This document shows, piece after piece, positions 1 through 9,087 of a stretch of 64,000 nt of DNA. The notes under the pieces were generated by a model, which saw only the letters and a program-made list of their open reading frames with translations, did no database searches and was not told where the DNA came from. The translations under genes and the position numbers were made by a program. Numbering within the stretch: position 1 is the stretch's first letter; every line of letters starts with the position of its first letter. The stretch is from a virus: IMG/VR virus record IMGVR_UViG_3300017565_000004, positions 1,049-65,048 of that record; one strand, 5' to 3'.

Positions 1-91
1 GGTGAGCATATCGTAGCCCCAATCGCGGTATGCGCTTTGATCGGATTTATTGCGTACACGCTGTTAAAAGACTAACGAAGGAGGACGTAAA

Positions 92-838
92 TTGAACGTT
101 AAATTAATCGCACATACAGCATTATCTTCCAATTTTCTACAGTCGTTGCCTTTCGGACAAGACGATGATCTGCTTTACGGAAGTAAAGAGCGCGCCGCCG
201 TCGCATTAACCGCTATCCGAACGTGTTACTCGCCGCTTAAACCGTCCGAAATTGTGGCGGTAGAGGGCGGAAAATACTTCGGAAACGCGGCGAGCGACGG
301 TGGAAAAGGAACGGACGCCGACCGCTTATTCCGTCAAATCGTCCGATCCAAACATACGAGTACGCTCGAACACATCTCGTACACATTCGCAGTCGAAGGC
401 GTCAGCCGTTCGCTACTCGCTCAGTTAACGCGACACCGTCAATTCTCGTTCAGCGTACAGTCGCAGCGTTACGTAAAATTCGGCAGCGGCGATAAGTCCG
501 GCGGATTCGACTACGTGGCACCGCCGAGTTTGGACGCCGCGGACGGAAATACGTATCAGGCTTACGTAGAAGTGATGGAGATGCTACAAGACGTTTACGA
601 CAGAATGCGTAGCAAGGGCGTTCCAGCCGAAGATGCCCGTTACGTCCTACCGAATGCCGCTGCCTGCAATCTCGTGATGACCGGCAATCTTCGCGCATTC
701 CTCGAATTTTACGGTAAACGTAAAGCCGGTAACGGAGCGCAGCGAGAAATATCGGACTTAGCCGAACGTTTCCGCGAGGAAATAACGAAAGTTGACGAAT
801 GGGTCGCGCCATTCTTCGTAAAGGAGGACGATATATAA
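92..838 (+). CDS. thyX: FAD-dependent thymidylate synthase
   Basis: ThyX motif RHRQFSFSVQSQRY, plus HTSTLEH and EDARYVLPNA; RBS GGAGG. Confidence 0.95.
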   Translation: MNVKLIAHTALSSNFLQSLPFGQDDDLLYGSKERAAVALTAIRTCYSPLKPSEIVAVEGGKYFGNAASDGGKGTDADRLFRQIVRSKHTSTLEHISYTFAVEGVSRSLLAQLTRHRQFSFSVQSQRYVKFGSGDKSGGFDYVAPPSLDAADGNTYQAYVEVMEMLQDVYDRMRSKGVPAEDARYVLPNAAACNLVMTGNLRAFLEFYGKRKAGNGAQREISDLAERFREEITKVDEWVAPFFVKEDDI

Positions 839-1174
839 ATGACAAAGAGATTGGCGGAACAATTACAAGAGGCACGCGCGAGAGTTGCGGAGATAGAGTT
901 AGAAATGTACAAGCACATTAAAGGCAAGGTTGTATCCCTTGTAGAAGGCTCAGAAGTTGGGATTGAGGATGCAAATTACTATAAAGTAATTCACGTTGAT
1001 TCTGATATTAAAGACGATAGACCTATTAAAATATCAACGTTTGATGGATCAGACCGGTCGTGGGTCTCCTTATCGGACGTAGAAATCGTCGAATACGATC
1101 GTGTCCGTGAATTATTATTAGCGGACGTGGATCGACAACTAAACGAAATGTTCGCGGAAGGGGCTGACGATTAA
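839..1174 (+). CDS. Hypothetical phage protein
   Basis: RBS AAGGAGG; abuts thyX. Confidence 0.75.
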   Translation: MTKRLAEQLQEARARVAEIELEMYKHIKGKVVSLVEGSEVGIEDANYYKVIHVDSDIKDDRPIKISTFDGSDRSWVSLSDVEIVEYDRVRELLLADVDRQLNEMFAEGADD

Positions 1175-1501
1175 TTGGATATAGCACATCCGTCAATCCA
1201 CGATCAACTATCCGAACTCCGCCGCCAGCGTACCGATATTAACGGACGTATTGCGGAGCTTGAAGCCGAAGCTGCTCGCCAATCCTCTACGTTACAGCCG
1301 GGAGATTACGTTAAGATTACGTCTGCCTCGATAGCGGAAGGCGAGTACGCACGATATGTTCGCTACGACAGTTACGGGTTTCAACCGCATGAAGTCGTCC
1401 TTATCCCGTCGAATGTCGGAGCAAATGCAATGTCCGTCGAGCCTGCGACCGCCGCCGAAGCTGCCGAATATTTACGTAAGGTTGCCGATTCATTAACGTA
1501 A
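1175..1501 (+). CDS. Hypothetical phage protein (coiled coil plus SH3-like)
   Basis: In operon; TTG start directly after previous stop. Confidence 0.7.
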   Translation: MDIAHPSIHDQLSELRRQRTDINGRIAELEAEAARQSSTLQPGDYVKITSASIAEGEYARYVRYDSYGFQPHEVVLIPSNVGANAMSVEPATAAEAAEYLRKVADSLT

Positions 1502-1599
1502 ACGTAATCGAATGGAGCTTCATAATACTTCGTATTATTGCGGGACTTGCGGCGATTGATCCGACGGCATCGGCGGCAACGGCGGGAAATAACGAAGGT

Positions 1600-1980
1600 T
1601 TGACGAAGGTTAACGAGATTGCAACGACATCTATCGTAGAGGACGTAGTTTCCGAATGGCTCCCGTTCGAAGCTACTGCGTACACCGCTGACTGTCTCGG
1701 TTGCATCGGTATCACAAAGAGCGGCGTCGACGTACGGAACACGACGATACATGACGGCAGAACGGTTATCGCGGTCGATCCCGCCGTGATTCCGCTAGGC
1801 TCGGCGGTCGAAATACGGCTGGCTGACGGGACGATTATCGAAGGGACAGCGCAGGATGTCGGGGCGGCAATTAAAGGGGCGCGGATTGACGTGCTGCATG
1901 CGGAATATGACGACGCGATTGAGTTCGGACGGCAAGCGGTAGAAGTTCGGATTAATAACGAAAAGGAGACGATTAAATGA
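1600..1980 (+). CDS. 3D (Asp-Asp-Asp) domain cell-wall protein; true start probably further upstream
   Basis: FEATAYT, IAVDPAVIPLGS, AQDVGAAIKGARIDV; frame open from 1480 with a hydrophobic leader. Confidence 0.9.
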   Translation: MTKVNEIATTSIVEDVVSEWLPFEATAYTADCLGCIGITKSGVDVRNTTIHDGRTVIAVDPAVIPLGSAVEIRLADGTIIEGTAQDVGAAIKGARIDVLHAEYDDAIEFGRQAVEVRINNEKETIK

Positions 1981-3125
1981 CGAAGTATTTACGTTGTGTT
2001 AACAAAGTTGAGCCTATGTTGAGGTTAAAAGTAGGAATGCGGTACGAGGTCGTTGATGAGACGGATAGTAGATACAACATTGGCGAGTTCGGTACTTTTA
2101 CTAAACAACCGGATAGCGACGGTCGTAGTTTTCGTACATGGTTCGTATTAGAAACGGAGGGCGACGAATATATGGAAATTGACGGCGTTAAGTATCGAGA
2201 AGTTAGCCGTAAGGCGACGGTTGGTGATTTCATAATGTTCGACCGCAATCGTAATGGTATCACAAAAGGAAAACCGTACGCGGTTACAAGTTACTTTGGA
2301 GACGTCACGTTTTACGATAACGACGGAGACAAGCGTTGGTCGTCGCACATAGCCGCTAAGTACGCGGTACTCGAACCCATTACTGACATCGCCGCATCTG
2401 ACGTGGACCTTATCGTACTCCAGCGCGAACTAAACGTACTTCGCCGTAAGCAGTCGGAGTTAACCACGCAAGTTGACGAATTGATTGCGAAAAACGCCGA
2501 CATAGACGTTCAGATTGACGGCTTAACGGACGCGTTCGCCAAGTTAGTAGTTAAGACGAATAGTCCGGCAAAGACGGTCCTTCCGCAAGATAAGCCGAGT
2601 ACCCGCGACGAAATTGTGGCGCAGGCGAGACGTGATGTGGCGGAGCTATCTACAACGGCAATTAATATCGATGTTATTCCTACGCTCGATGGCGATGTTG
2701 AGGCGTTTTTCCCGGGCGAAACTGATTACGTAGATTTCGTAGTAAACCGAGATAAACGTACAGTTGTCGCATTGATCCGCTACATCGGTGAAAATGACGT
2801 ATGGGCGAAAGGTATCGCGAAAGCAGCGCCAGGCGACGTATTCAATTCGCATATTGGACGAGCTATTGCGTTAAGACGTGCGTTAGGACTCGCCGTGCCG
2901 ACCGAATATACGAACGCGCCGCAGCCGACGGAGCCGCGTGTGGGTGACGTTGTGGTGAATCGGAATACTCCGCAATATCAAACGGTCGTTACCGGATTTT
3001 ACGATAACGGTGATGTCCGCGTAGATATATACACCGACGACGACGACGATGACGTTGTGGGGTACGAACGTGAGGCGGTAGTAATCATCGACGACAGCCG
3101 AGAGGGAAGCGAGGTGTCCGCGTAA
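1977..3125 (+). CDS. Multi-module hypothetical phage protein
   Basis: 382 aa; contains a module also found in 52384..53421. Confidence 0.75.
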   Translation: MTKYLRCVNKVEPMLRLKVGMRYEVVDETDSRYNIGEFGTFTKQPDSDGRSFRTWFVLETEGDEYMEIDGVKYREVSRKATVGDFIMFDRNRNGITKGKPYAVTSYFGDVTFYDNDGDKRWSSHIAAKYAVLEPITDIAASDVDLIVLQRELNVLRRKQSELTTQVDELIAKNADIDVQIDGLTDAFAKLVVKTNSPAKTVLPQDKPSTRDEIVAQARRDVAELSTTAINIDVIPTLDGDVEAFFPGETDYVDFVVNRDKRTVVALIRYIGENDVWAKGIAKAAPGDVFNSHIGRAIALRRALGLAVPTEYTNAPQPTEPRVGDVVVNRNTPQYQTVVTGFYDNGDVRVDIYTDDDDDDVVGYEREAVVIIDDSREGSEVSA

Positions 3126-3685
3126 TGAAACCGATTGCCATTACCGGTAAATTCCGCAGCGGTAAAGACGTAATAGCCGCGCACCTCGTCGAACGTTACC
3201 GATACACGCGCTTTGCGTTTGGTGACGAGTTGAAGCGTTATGCGAACGAATTGTTTCCGCAAGAGTTCGCAGATGGGCGTAAGCCTCGCGGACTCCTACA
3301 GTGGCTAGGCGAGACAATGCGACATCGAGATCCCGACATATGGGTACGGAAGTGCTTCGATAACATTTCGTGGTCGTATAAAATCGCGGAGAATAACGGA
3401 GGATCAATCGTCGGCACGCCCGTCGTCATTTCCGACCTCCGCCAGCCTAACGAATATAACCGTTGCCGCGCGGAAGGCTACGTTATTATCCGCGTAACTC
3501 GTCCGGACAGCGACCGGCTGGCATCGGCTAACGCGACGGACAATTTCGATGGCGCCGCGGTCAATCACGAAACGGAATCGTACGTGGATCAGTTTACGGT
3601 AGATTACGAAATCATTAACGACGGAACGGTTGGCGACTTATTACGCAGCGTTGACGATATTATGACGAAGATAAACGGAGGGTGA
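3125..3685 (+). CDS. Deoxynucleoside monophosphate kinase-like protein
   Basis: P-loop ITGKFRSGKD, then FAFGDELK, RGLLQWLG, VISDLR, HETE. Confidence 0.85.
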   Translation: MKPIAITGKFRSGKDVIAAHLVERYRYTRFAFGDELKRYANELFPQEFADGRKPRGLLQWLGETMRHRDPDIWVRKCFDNISWSYKIAENNGGSIVGTPVVISDLRQPNEYNRCRAEGYVIIRVTRPDSDRLASANATDNFDGAAVNHETESYVDQFTVDYEIINDGTVGDLLRSVDDIMTKINGG

Positions 3686-3688
3686 TAA

Positions 3689-4855
3689 ATGCTTATTGAA
3701 TTTGAAGAGTACCGTAATCTATCACCGGAAAATAGTCGTGTCAGTAAGCCGCAGATAACGAATCACGAAACGTATAACCGAACCGCTGACTTGACGTCGA
3801 AAATCGAATACAGCAACGCGGTTATTTACGAAGCATTGTACTTGGTTCGCGATCGTTATGGAGATGACGCGAAGGTCGTCGTATCGTGTTCGTTCGGAAT
3901 CGATTCTATTGTAACGCTACACCTCGTACAAGCAGCGTGCAAGGTACTCGGAATGACGTTCGACGTTGTTTGGAATAACACGTTAAACGAATATCCGCAG
4001 ACTCGTAAGTTTGCCGCCGAATTAACAGAATCGTGGGGCTTACGTTTGATCGAGGCGCGGCCGGAAACGACGATCCGTAAAATCTACGAGAATAACGGAG
4101 TCGATACGCTATTCAAACGGAAAGGCGACCGCTCAGGCAAAACGCCAGTCGTCGAGAAATGCTGCGGATCATTAAAGCATAAGCCGATGAAAGCCGCGAT
4201 AAAAGAACACGGATGGCACTTAATGTTTAACGGAGTTCGTGCAGGCGAGAGTCGTCAACGTTGGATGGCCGGCCGACGAGACGGGGATTTCTACTACTCT
4301 AAAACGGAGTGGAAAACGTTAGTATGCCGTCCGATCATGTGGTGGTCGTCGGCAAGCGATTCGTTTAACTACGGTAATAATCGGCAGGAGGATATATGGG
4401 AGTACGTGCGGCAACACGGTATTCCGTATAATCCGATTTACGACTTGAACGCTGTACTGGACGACCGCTTTACGGAGCCTAACGTAATTGTACCGCGTGA
4501 ACGTGCGGAGCAGTTAATTGCCGACGGTTATAACGTATTTATGCCGCGAACAGGCTGTCAGGCGTGTCCAATACCGATTAAACGCGGATACCTACGTTAT
4601 TTACGCGAAGTGTTCCCGCGTGTATATCGTTCGATGCTATTCCAGCTCGGATTTGCTCGCGTGCTTATTGCGGAAATGGACGAGGGTGTCCGAGAGGCGT
4701 TGTTCGACGAAATGAGTGCGTTCGGGATTATCGACGAGAAAACGGAAGCGGCCGTATTGGATCGGCTAGAGGATATTATCGAAATGAAACCGTGCGTGTT
4801 CGATGGTGTAGGCGTAATAAAACGGAAAAAGACTAACGAAATAGGCAATCGTTAG
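3689..4855 (+). CDS. PAPS/APS reductase family (PP-loop, Fe-S) protein
   Basis: SCSFGIDS, KCCGSLKHKP, GVRAGESRQR, RTGCQACP. Confidence 0.85.
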   Translation: MLIEFEEYRNLSPENSRVSKPQITNHETYNRTADLTSKIEYSNAVIYEALYLVRDRYGDDAKVVVSCSFGIDSIVTLHLVQAACKVLGMTFDVVWNNTLNEYPQTRKFAAELTESWGLRLIEARPETTIRKIYENNGVDTLFKRKGDRSGKTPVVEKCCGSLKHKPMKAAIKEHGWHLMFNGVRAGESRQRWMAGRRDGDFYYSKTEWKTLVCRPIMWWSSASDSFNYGNNRQEDIWEYVRQHGIPYNPIYDLNAVLDDRFTEPNVIVPRERAEQLIADGYNVFMPRTGCQACPIPIKRGYLRYLREVFPRVYRSMLFQLGFARVLIAEMDEGVREALFDEMSAFGIIDEKTEAAVLDRLEDIIEMKPCVFDGVGVIKRKKTNEIGNR

Positions 4856-5199
4856 TCTGCGTCCTCCGTTTCCTCCGCAATAAACACGAGCCAGCCGTCC
4901 TGTTTGCCGGCGAAATTGTACCGACGAAACTCCGGAGTCAGCCGCGTATTGTTGAAGAATTTGCCGGCCGGAATGTAACCACGCTTATCGATGCGCCCGT
5001 CCTCCGGATCGTCCTCGATTTCCGGCATTCGTATCGCAATCGCCGCGGCCGCCCGGTCATATCCGATCGTGACGCGGCTGCTGGGCTTCAATCCGTACTC
5101 GCCGAGTATATCCGCCGATAGTCGGATGCGCTTCTGCTTGTCCGTCGTCAGATAAAAGTAAGCGAGCGGTATTCTTTCGATATTAAATCGTTTCTCCAT
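4852..5199 (-). CDS. Small AbrB/MraZ-like DNA-binding protein
   Basis: Two swapped-hairpin-like repeats (TDKQKRIRLS, IDKRGYIP); RBS GGAG on minus strand. Confidence 0.55.
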   Translation of the reverse strand: MEKRFNIERIPLAYFYLTTDKQKRIRLSADILGEYGLKPSSRVTIGYDRAAAAIAIRMPEIEDDPEDGRIDKRGYIPAGKFFNNTRLTPEFRRYNFAGKQDGWLVFIAEETEDAD

Positions 5200-5264
5200 A
5201 TATTTATCAGCTCCATTAACGATAGTTTAACGGAAAAATAACGATAGTACAAGGAGGCGGTATT

Positions 5265-6869
5265 ATGTATTCAGACGATCCACGTTTCTTAATTGACGAC
5301 CAAGGGCGCACGTCTAAGATACTACAAAAACTATACGTATCTCCTACTTTACGTAGGGAAATGCACGGTAATGAGCCACGGGTGGTCGAACCTATTGATT
5401 TTGACGCTTCGAAGTTACCTTCATTTACGAAAAAAGAGGAGGAATCTATTATAAAGACTCCATTCACTTATATCGAATTGTTTTCCGGAATTGGCGGATT
5501 CCGGCAGGCGCTAGATGCGTTGGGTGGACGCTGCGTATTCGCCAGTGAGATCGATAAATACGCGGAGCAATCGTACCGAGCGCTATACGACGGAGCGCCG
5601 GAGCTACACGGTGATATTACGAAGATAGATGCGGTTGACATTCCGGATCATGACGTATTGGTGGGTGGGTTCCCTTGCCAGGCGTTCTCGGTCGCCGGCC
5701 AACGTAAAGGATTCGAGGATACACGCGGAACGTTATTCTTCGAAATCGCACGCATCGCCGCCGAAAAGAAGCCGCGCCTGCTGCTGTTAGAGAACGTTAA
5801 AGGCTTGTTATCACACGACGGCGGAAACACGTTCGAGGTGATGTGCCGTACACTTAACGAAATCGGCTACGCAATCGACTTCCGCGTACTTAATTCGAAG
5901 TATTTCGGAGTGCCGCAGAATCGCGAGCGTATCTTTATCGTAGCCGACCGCGATGCGCTGCATGAGCCGTGGAATATCGGTAAAGGTAACGACGTTGTAA
6001 CGAAGGCGAAACGACGGGTAGCGGAGTTTGTACGATCGTTTAACTTCGATTGGCCGGTGGAGGGCGACGTTACTGTACGTTTGCGTGACGTGTTGGAGCC
6101 GGTGGTCGACGAGAAATATTACCTTTCCGAAGATAAAACGGCGAAGTTGTTGGCGCAACTCGGTGACAAGTCGTTGGTAGATACGTCGGACTGCGACATG
6201 CTCGGTATGGTCGATTTGAGAGGTAACGAATCGATAAGGCGCGTGTATTCGCCGACAGGCGTTGCGCCGACACTCACGACAATGGGCGGAGGTCATCGGG
6301 AGCCGAAAATTGCCGAGCCTGTTGTTCATTCAATCGGAAATACAAATCCGTCCGGAAACGGTATGAACGGAAATGTGTACGATTCGGAAGGATTATCACC
6401 TACTTTGACTACGAATAAAGGTGAGGGCACTAAGATACTTCTTAACGAAGTTCCTACGTGGATTCCGAAGCCTGATGATATTAACCGCACAGTTCGCAGC
6501 GGAGGTAAGTCGTCACTCACGGATAAACACAATTGGGATCACGTAGCAGTAGAAGTCCGCCCGGTACTAACGCCCGACCGCGAAGAAAAACGGCAAAACG
6601 GTCGCCGCTTCAAAGAAAACGAAGAGGAATCGTTCACACTTACGGCTGTGGCTATCGGCAAGTATCCACGCTACCGCATCCGCAAACTTACGCCACTCGA
6701 ATGCTGGCGACTACAGGGCTTTCCGGACGCAGCGCACGAAACAGCGAGGCTCGCCGGCGTATCGGACTCACAACGTTATAAGCAGGCGGGTAACGCCGTA
6801 ACGGTTAACGTAATCAGCGCAATAGGCAAGCGTTTGATTACGAGATTAGGATGTGGATATTGCGAATAG
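5265..6869 (+). CDS. DNA cytosine-5 methyltransferase, multispecific phage type
   Basis: FSGIGG, GFPCQ, ENV, QNRERIF, YKQAGNAV; long variable region with several TRD-like units. Confidence 0.93.
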   Translation: MYSDDPRFLIDDQGRTSKILQKLYVSPTLRREMHGNEPRVVEPIDFDASKLPSFTKKEEESIIKTPFTYIELFSGIGGFRQALDALGGRCVFASEIDKYAEQSYRALYDGAPELHGDITKIDAVDIPDHDVLVGGFPCQAFSVAGQRKGFEDTRGTLFFEIARIAAEKKPRLLLLENVKGLLSHDGGNTFEVMCRTLNEIGYAIDFRVLNSKYFGVPQNRERIFIVADRDALHEPWNIGKGNDVVTKAKRRVAEFVRSFNFDWPVEGDVTVRLRDVLEPVVDEKYYLSEDKTAKLLAQLGDKSLVDTSDCDMLGMVDLRGNESIRRVYSPTGVAPTLTTMGGGHREPKIAEPVVHSIGNTNPSGNGMNGNVYDSEGLSPTLTTNKGEGTKILLNEVPTWIPKPDDINRTVRSGGKSSLTDKHNWDHVAVEVRPVLTPDREEKRQNGRRFKENEEESFTLTAVAIGKYPRYRIRKLTPLECWRLQGFPDAAHETARLAGVSDSQRYKQAGNAVTVNVISAIGKRLITRLGCGYCE

Positions 6870-6893
6870 GCAGCGTAATATCTCGCACAGGAG

Positions 6894-7301
6894 GTGTATC
6901 GTGTGGAAGGCTTGTACATCCGTGCTTTCATCGATAAGAAAGCGGAAATAACACGCGACGAGGCTGACGCACTATTACGCTGGCTTCACGAATACCCAGA
7001 CGTTTACAAGCGTGAGGAACGTATAGCGGTGACCGAGGCGTATATCGAACGTATTGACCGTAGAGAAGCCGCCGACGCCGCGTACGAAGCCGGCTGGATC
7101 GCGAAGGCAAACGAAATCGAGACGATTAAACGTTCATGGACGGATATGGGCGCTACTTGGACGGAAAAGCACGATTGCGGCGTCGGTAAAACAACGTGGA
7201 CGTTCCCGGATGGTCGCGCGTGGAGTTGGTGGTCGTACGAAACGTTAGACGAGACGCTCGCTAGTATATGGGCGTTTAACGATAAATTAACGGAGGTATA
7301 A
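6894..7301 (+). CDS. Hypothetical protein
   Basis: RBS AGGAGGTG; start probably the GTG near 6903. Confidence 0.7.
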   Translation: MYRVEGLYIRAFIDKKAEITRDEADALLRWLHEYPDVYKREERIAVTEAYIERIDRREAADAAYEAGWIAKANEIETIKRSWTDMGATWTEKHDCGVGKTTWTFPDGRAWSWWSYETLDETLASIWAFNDKLTEV

Positions 7302-7304
7302 CGA

Positions 7305-7697
7305 ATGGGACACGTTAAAATCGACACGGAACGCTCATCGCGTTCATACACGGAAAGTTACGCACTATCGACGCCGGCGGGCGTTAAGAAGCTGCTGCGC
7401 GACCGGCATAAAATCGCAAGCAGACGATATAGCGGGGACGCGGCCGCGTCCGATATCCTGCTCGATTTGAACAGCGCGATTGATGCGGCAGGATTAACGG
7501 ATAGGCAGGCGGAGGCGGTCGCGTACGTTTACGGACTGGATACGACGCAGGGGCAGGCGGCACGGATACTTGGCGTAAGTCGCGAGGCCGTCAAGGATTT
7601 GCTATTCCAGGCGACAAAGCGGATTGCGGCGGTATACAGGCGCTGGAATTACGATGAGGTTGCGGTGACGTACGAAGAGGCGGTGGCGAATGGATAA
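7305..7697 (+). CDS. Sigma70 region-4-type HTH regulator (putative late activator)
   Basis: LTDRQAEAV...TQGQAARILGVSREAVKDLL. Confidence 0.75.
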   Translation: MGHVKIDTERSSRSYTESYALSTPAGVKKLLRDRHKIASRRYSGDAAASDILLDLNSAIDAAGLTDRQAEAVAYVYGLDTTQGQAARILGVSREAVKDLLFQATKRIAAVYRRWNYDEVAVTYEEAVANG

Positions 7698-8466
7698 AAC
7701 GACATTTGAGCGCATAGTTAACGAAATTGAGTCGGCATTACGCGGAGTGACGTCCGATTGCATTCGTTACAATGACTACTATTTCCGTATATATGATCGA
7801 GAGGCACGAACTGAGCTAATTCGCCGAATTACGGAAGATTATACTGCAACTAACGGTGAGCCTCCGGTTATATCTTTATTAGAACGCTTGGCTGATGCGT
7901 TATTGAGCGAAGACTTGACGGATCAGAGTCGTAGTAAAGTACGAACAATGAAGCACGCACACCTGTCACAGAGACAACTTAAAACGAGGACCTCACGTGA
8001 GGTTCCTCTTTCCACAATAAGTGGAGAAATTTCTACGATTGAATTAACACTAATCCGTTACGAAAGCGATGAGGAACGTCTAAAACGCCAAATCGAAACG
8101 GAGTACATGCACTATAAGTCGCTTAACGAGACGCAGCCGGTACTCGTCCGTAAAGCAAAGCCTGAAGAACTTGCGCGCATCGTTCCTACTCCGCTATACA
8201 CACGCAGCCGACTCGATTACGAATGGTCCTACGATGTTCGCCGCCGTGACGGGTTTACGTGTCAGAAATGCGGTCGGAATCGCGGTAAGATGCACGCGCA
8301 TCATATCGAATCATATCACGCTAATGTCGAGTTGCGTACGGACTTAAGCAACGGCGTTACTTTGTGTGATCGATGTCACTTCGAGTTCCACGATATTTAC
8401 GGGCGCCGCTATAACACACGCGAGCAGTTTAACGAATGGATGCGAGGTGATTACTATGAACTATAG
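7690..8466 (+). CDS. HNH endonuclease fused to a paralog of the downstream gene
   Basis: RRRDGFTCQKC...HAHHI...NGVTLCDRCH..FH. Confidence 0.85.
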   Translation: MDKTTFERIVNEIESALRGVTSDCIRYNDYYFRIYDREARTELIRRITEDYTATNGEPPVISLLERLADALLSEDLTDQSRSKVRTMKHAHLSQRQLKTRTSREVPLSTISGEISTIELTLIRYESDEERLKRQIETEYMHYKSLNETQPVLVRKAKPEELARIVPTPLYTRSRLDYEWSYDVRRRDGFTCQKCGRNRGKMHAHHIESYHANVELRTDLSNGVTLCDRCHFEFHDIYGRRYNTREQFNEWMRGDYYEL

Positions 8467-9010
8467 GCAACGCTTTGAGGCAGATGTGCAGGAATTTATA
8501 TCCGAGGCGGTGGCGGATAGGGCGGAACGTATGCGACGTGCAGGCGAAATGATCGATTCATACGTAATCAAATACGGCGAGCGTCCGCCTAATCCTATAA
8601 TTACGATGCTCAACGAGTATATGTTTTTAGAAGAATTTACAGACCGCCGCAAATCGAAAGGTAACGAAGAATATCCGATACTTAGCGAGCGCCAATTTGC
8701 GAGACGCTATGAGCAGGAGTACTCGTTTGACCTCGCTAATACTTACGACTTGACCGGTAAAAACCACGCTAAACCGATTAGACGGCCGCGTAGATCTGAT
8801 GAACACCGTTTCGTAGAACGAGAGGCGCAGCGTAAGAACCGGAAAAGGAATGCAGCATACCGTAATGCAACGCGTCCAGGTGCGGTAATATCGTACAACG
8901 TTTACGATAACGGCGGCGAATTTACGGACGATTTCGTAACGGCCGCAGGAATGGCCGAACTATGGCGAAATAAACTCGGAAATATTTACGAAGTTACTAC
9001 CGCGATTTAA
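8456..9010 (+). CDS. Phage hypothetical protein
   Basis: RBS GAGGTGA before ATG 8456; similar to the N-terminus of 7690..8466. Confidence 0.75.
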   Translation: MNYRQRFEADVQEFISEAVADRAERMRRAGEMIDSYVIKYGERPPNPIITMLNEYMFLEEFTDRRKSKGNEEYPILSERQFARRYEQEYSFDLANTYDLTGKNHAKPIRRPRRSDEHRFVEREAQRKNRKRNAAYRNATRPGAVISYNVYDNGGEFTDDFVTAAGMAELWRNKLGNIYEVTTAI

Positions 9011-9030
9011 TTAAATATGGCTACGGAATT

Positions 9031-9053
9031 AGGCGCCTTTGCGGCGTCTTTTT
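9031..9053 (+). terminator. Intrinsic terminator
   Basis: AGGCGCC-TTTGC-GGCGTCT followed by T run. Confidence 0.65.
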
Positions 9054-9087
9054 GCGTTCAAAAATAACGAAATAAGGGGCGGATAGT

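Noticed and set aside
3035-3053. GAC repeat (poly-Asp)
   Set aside because: Short in-frame low-complexity run with no sign of phase variation
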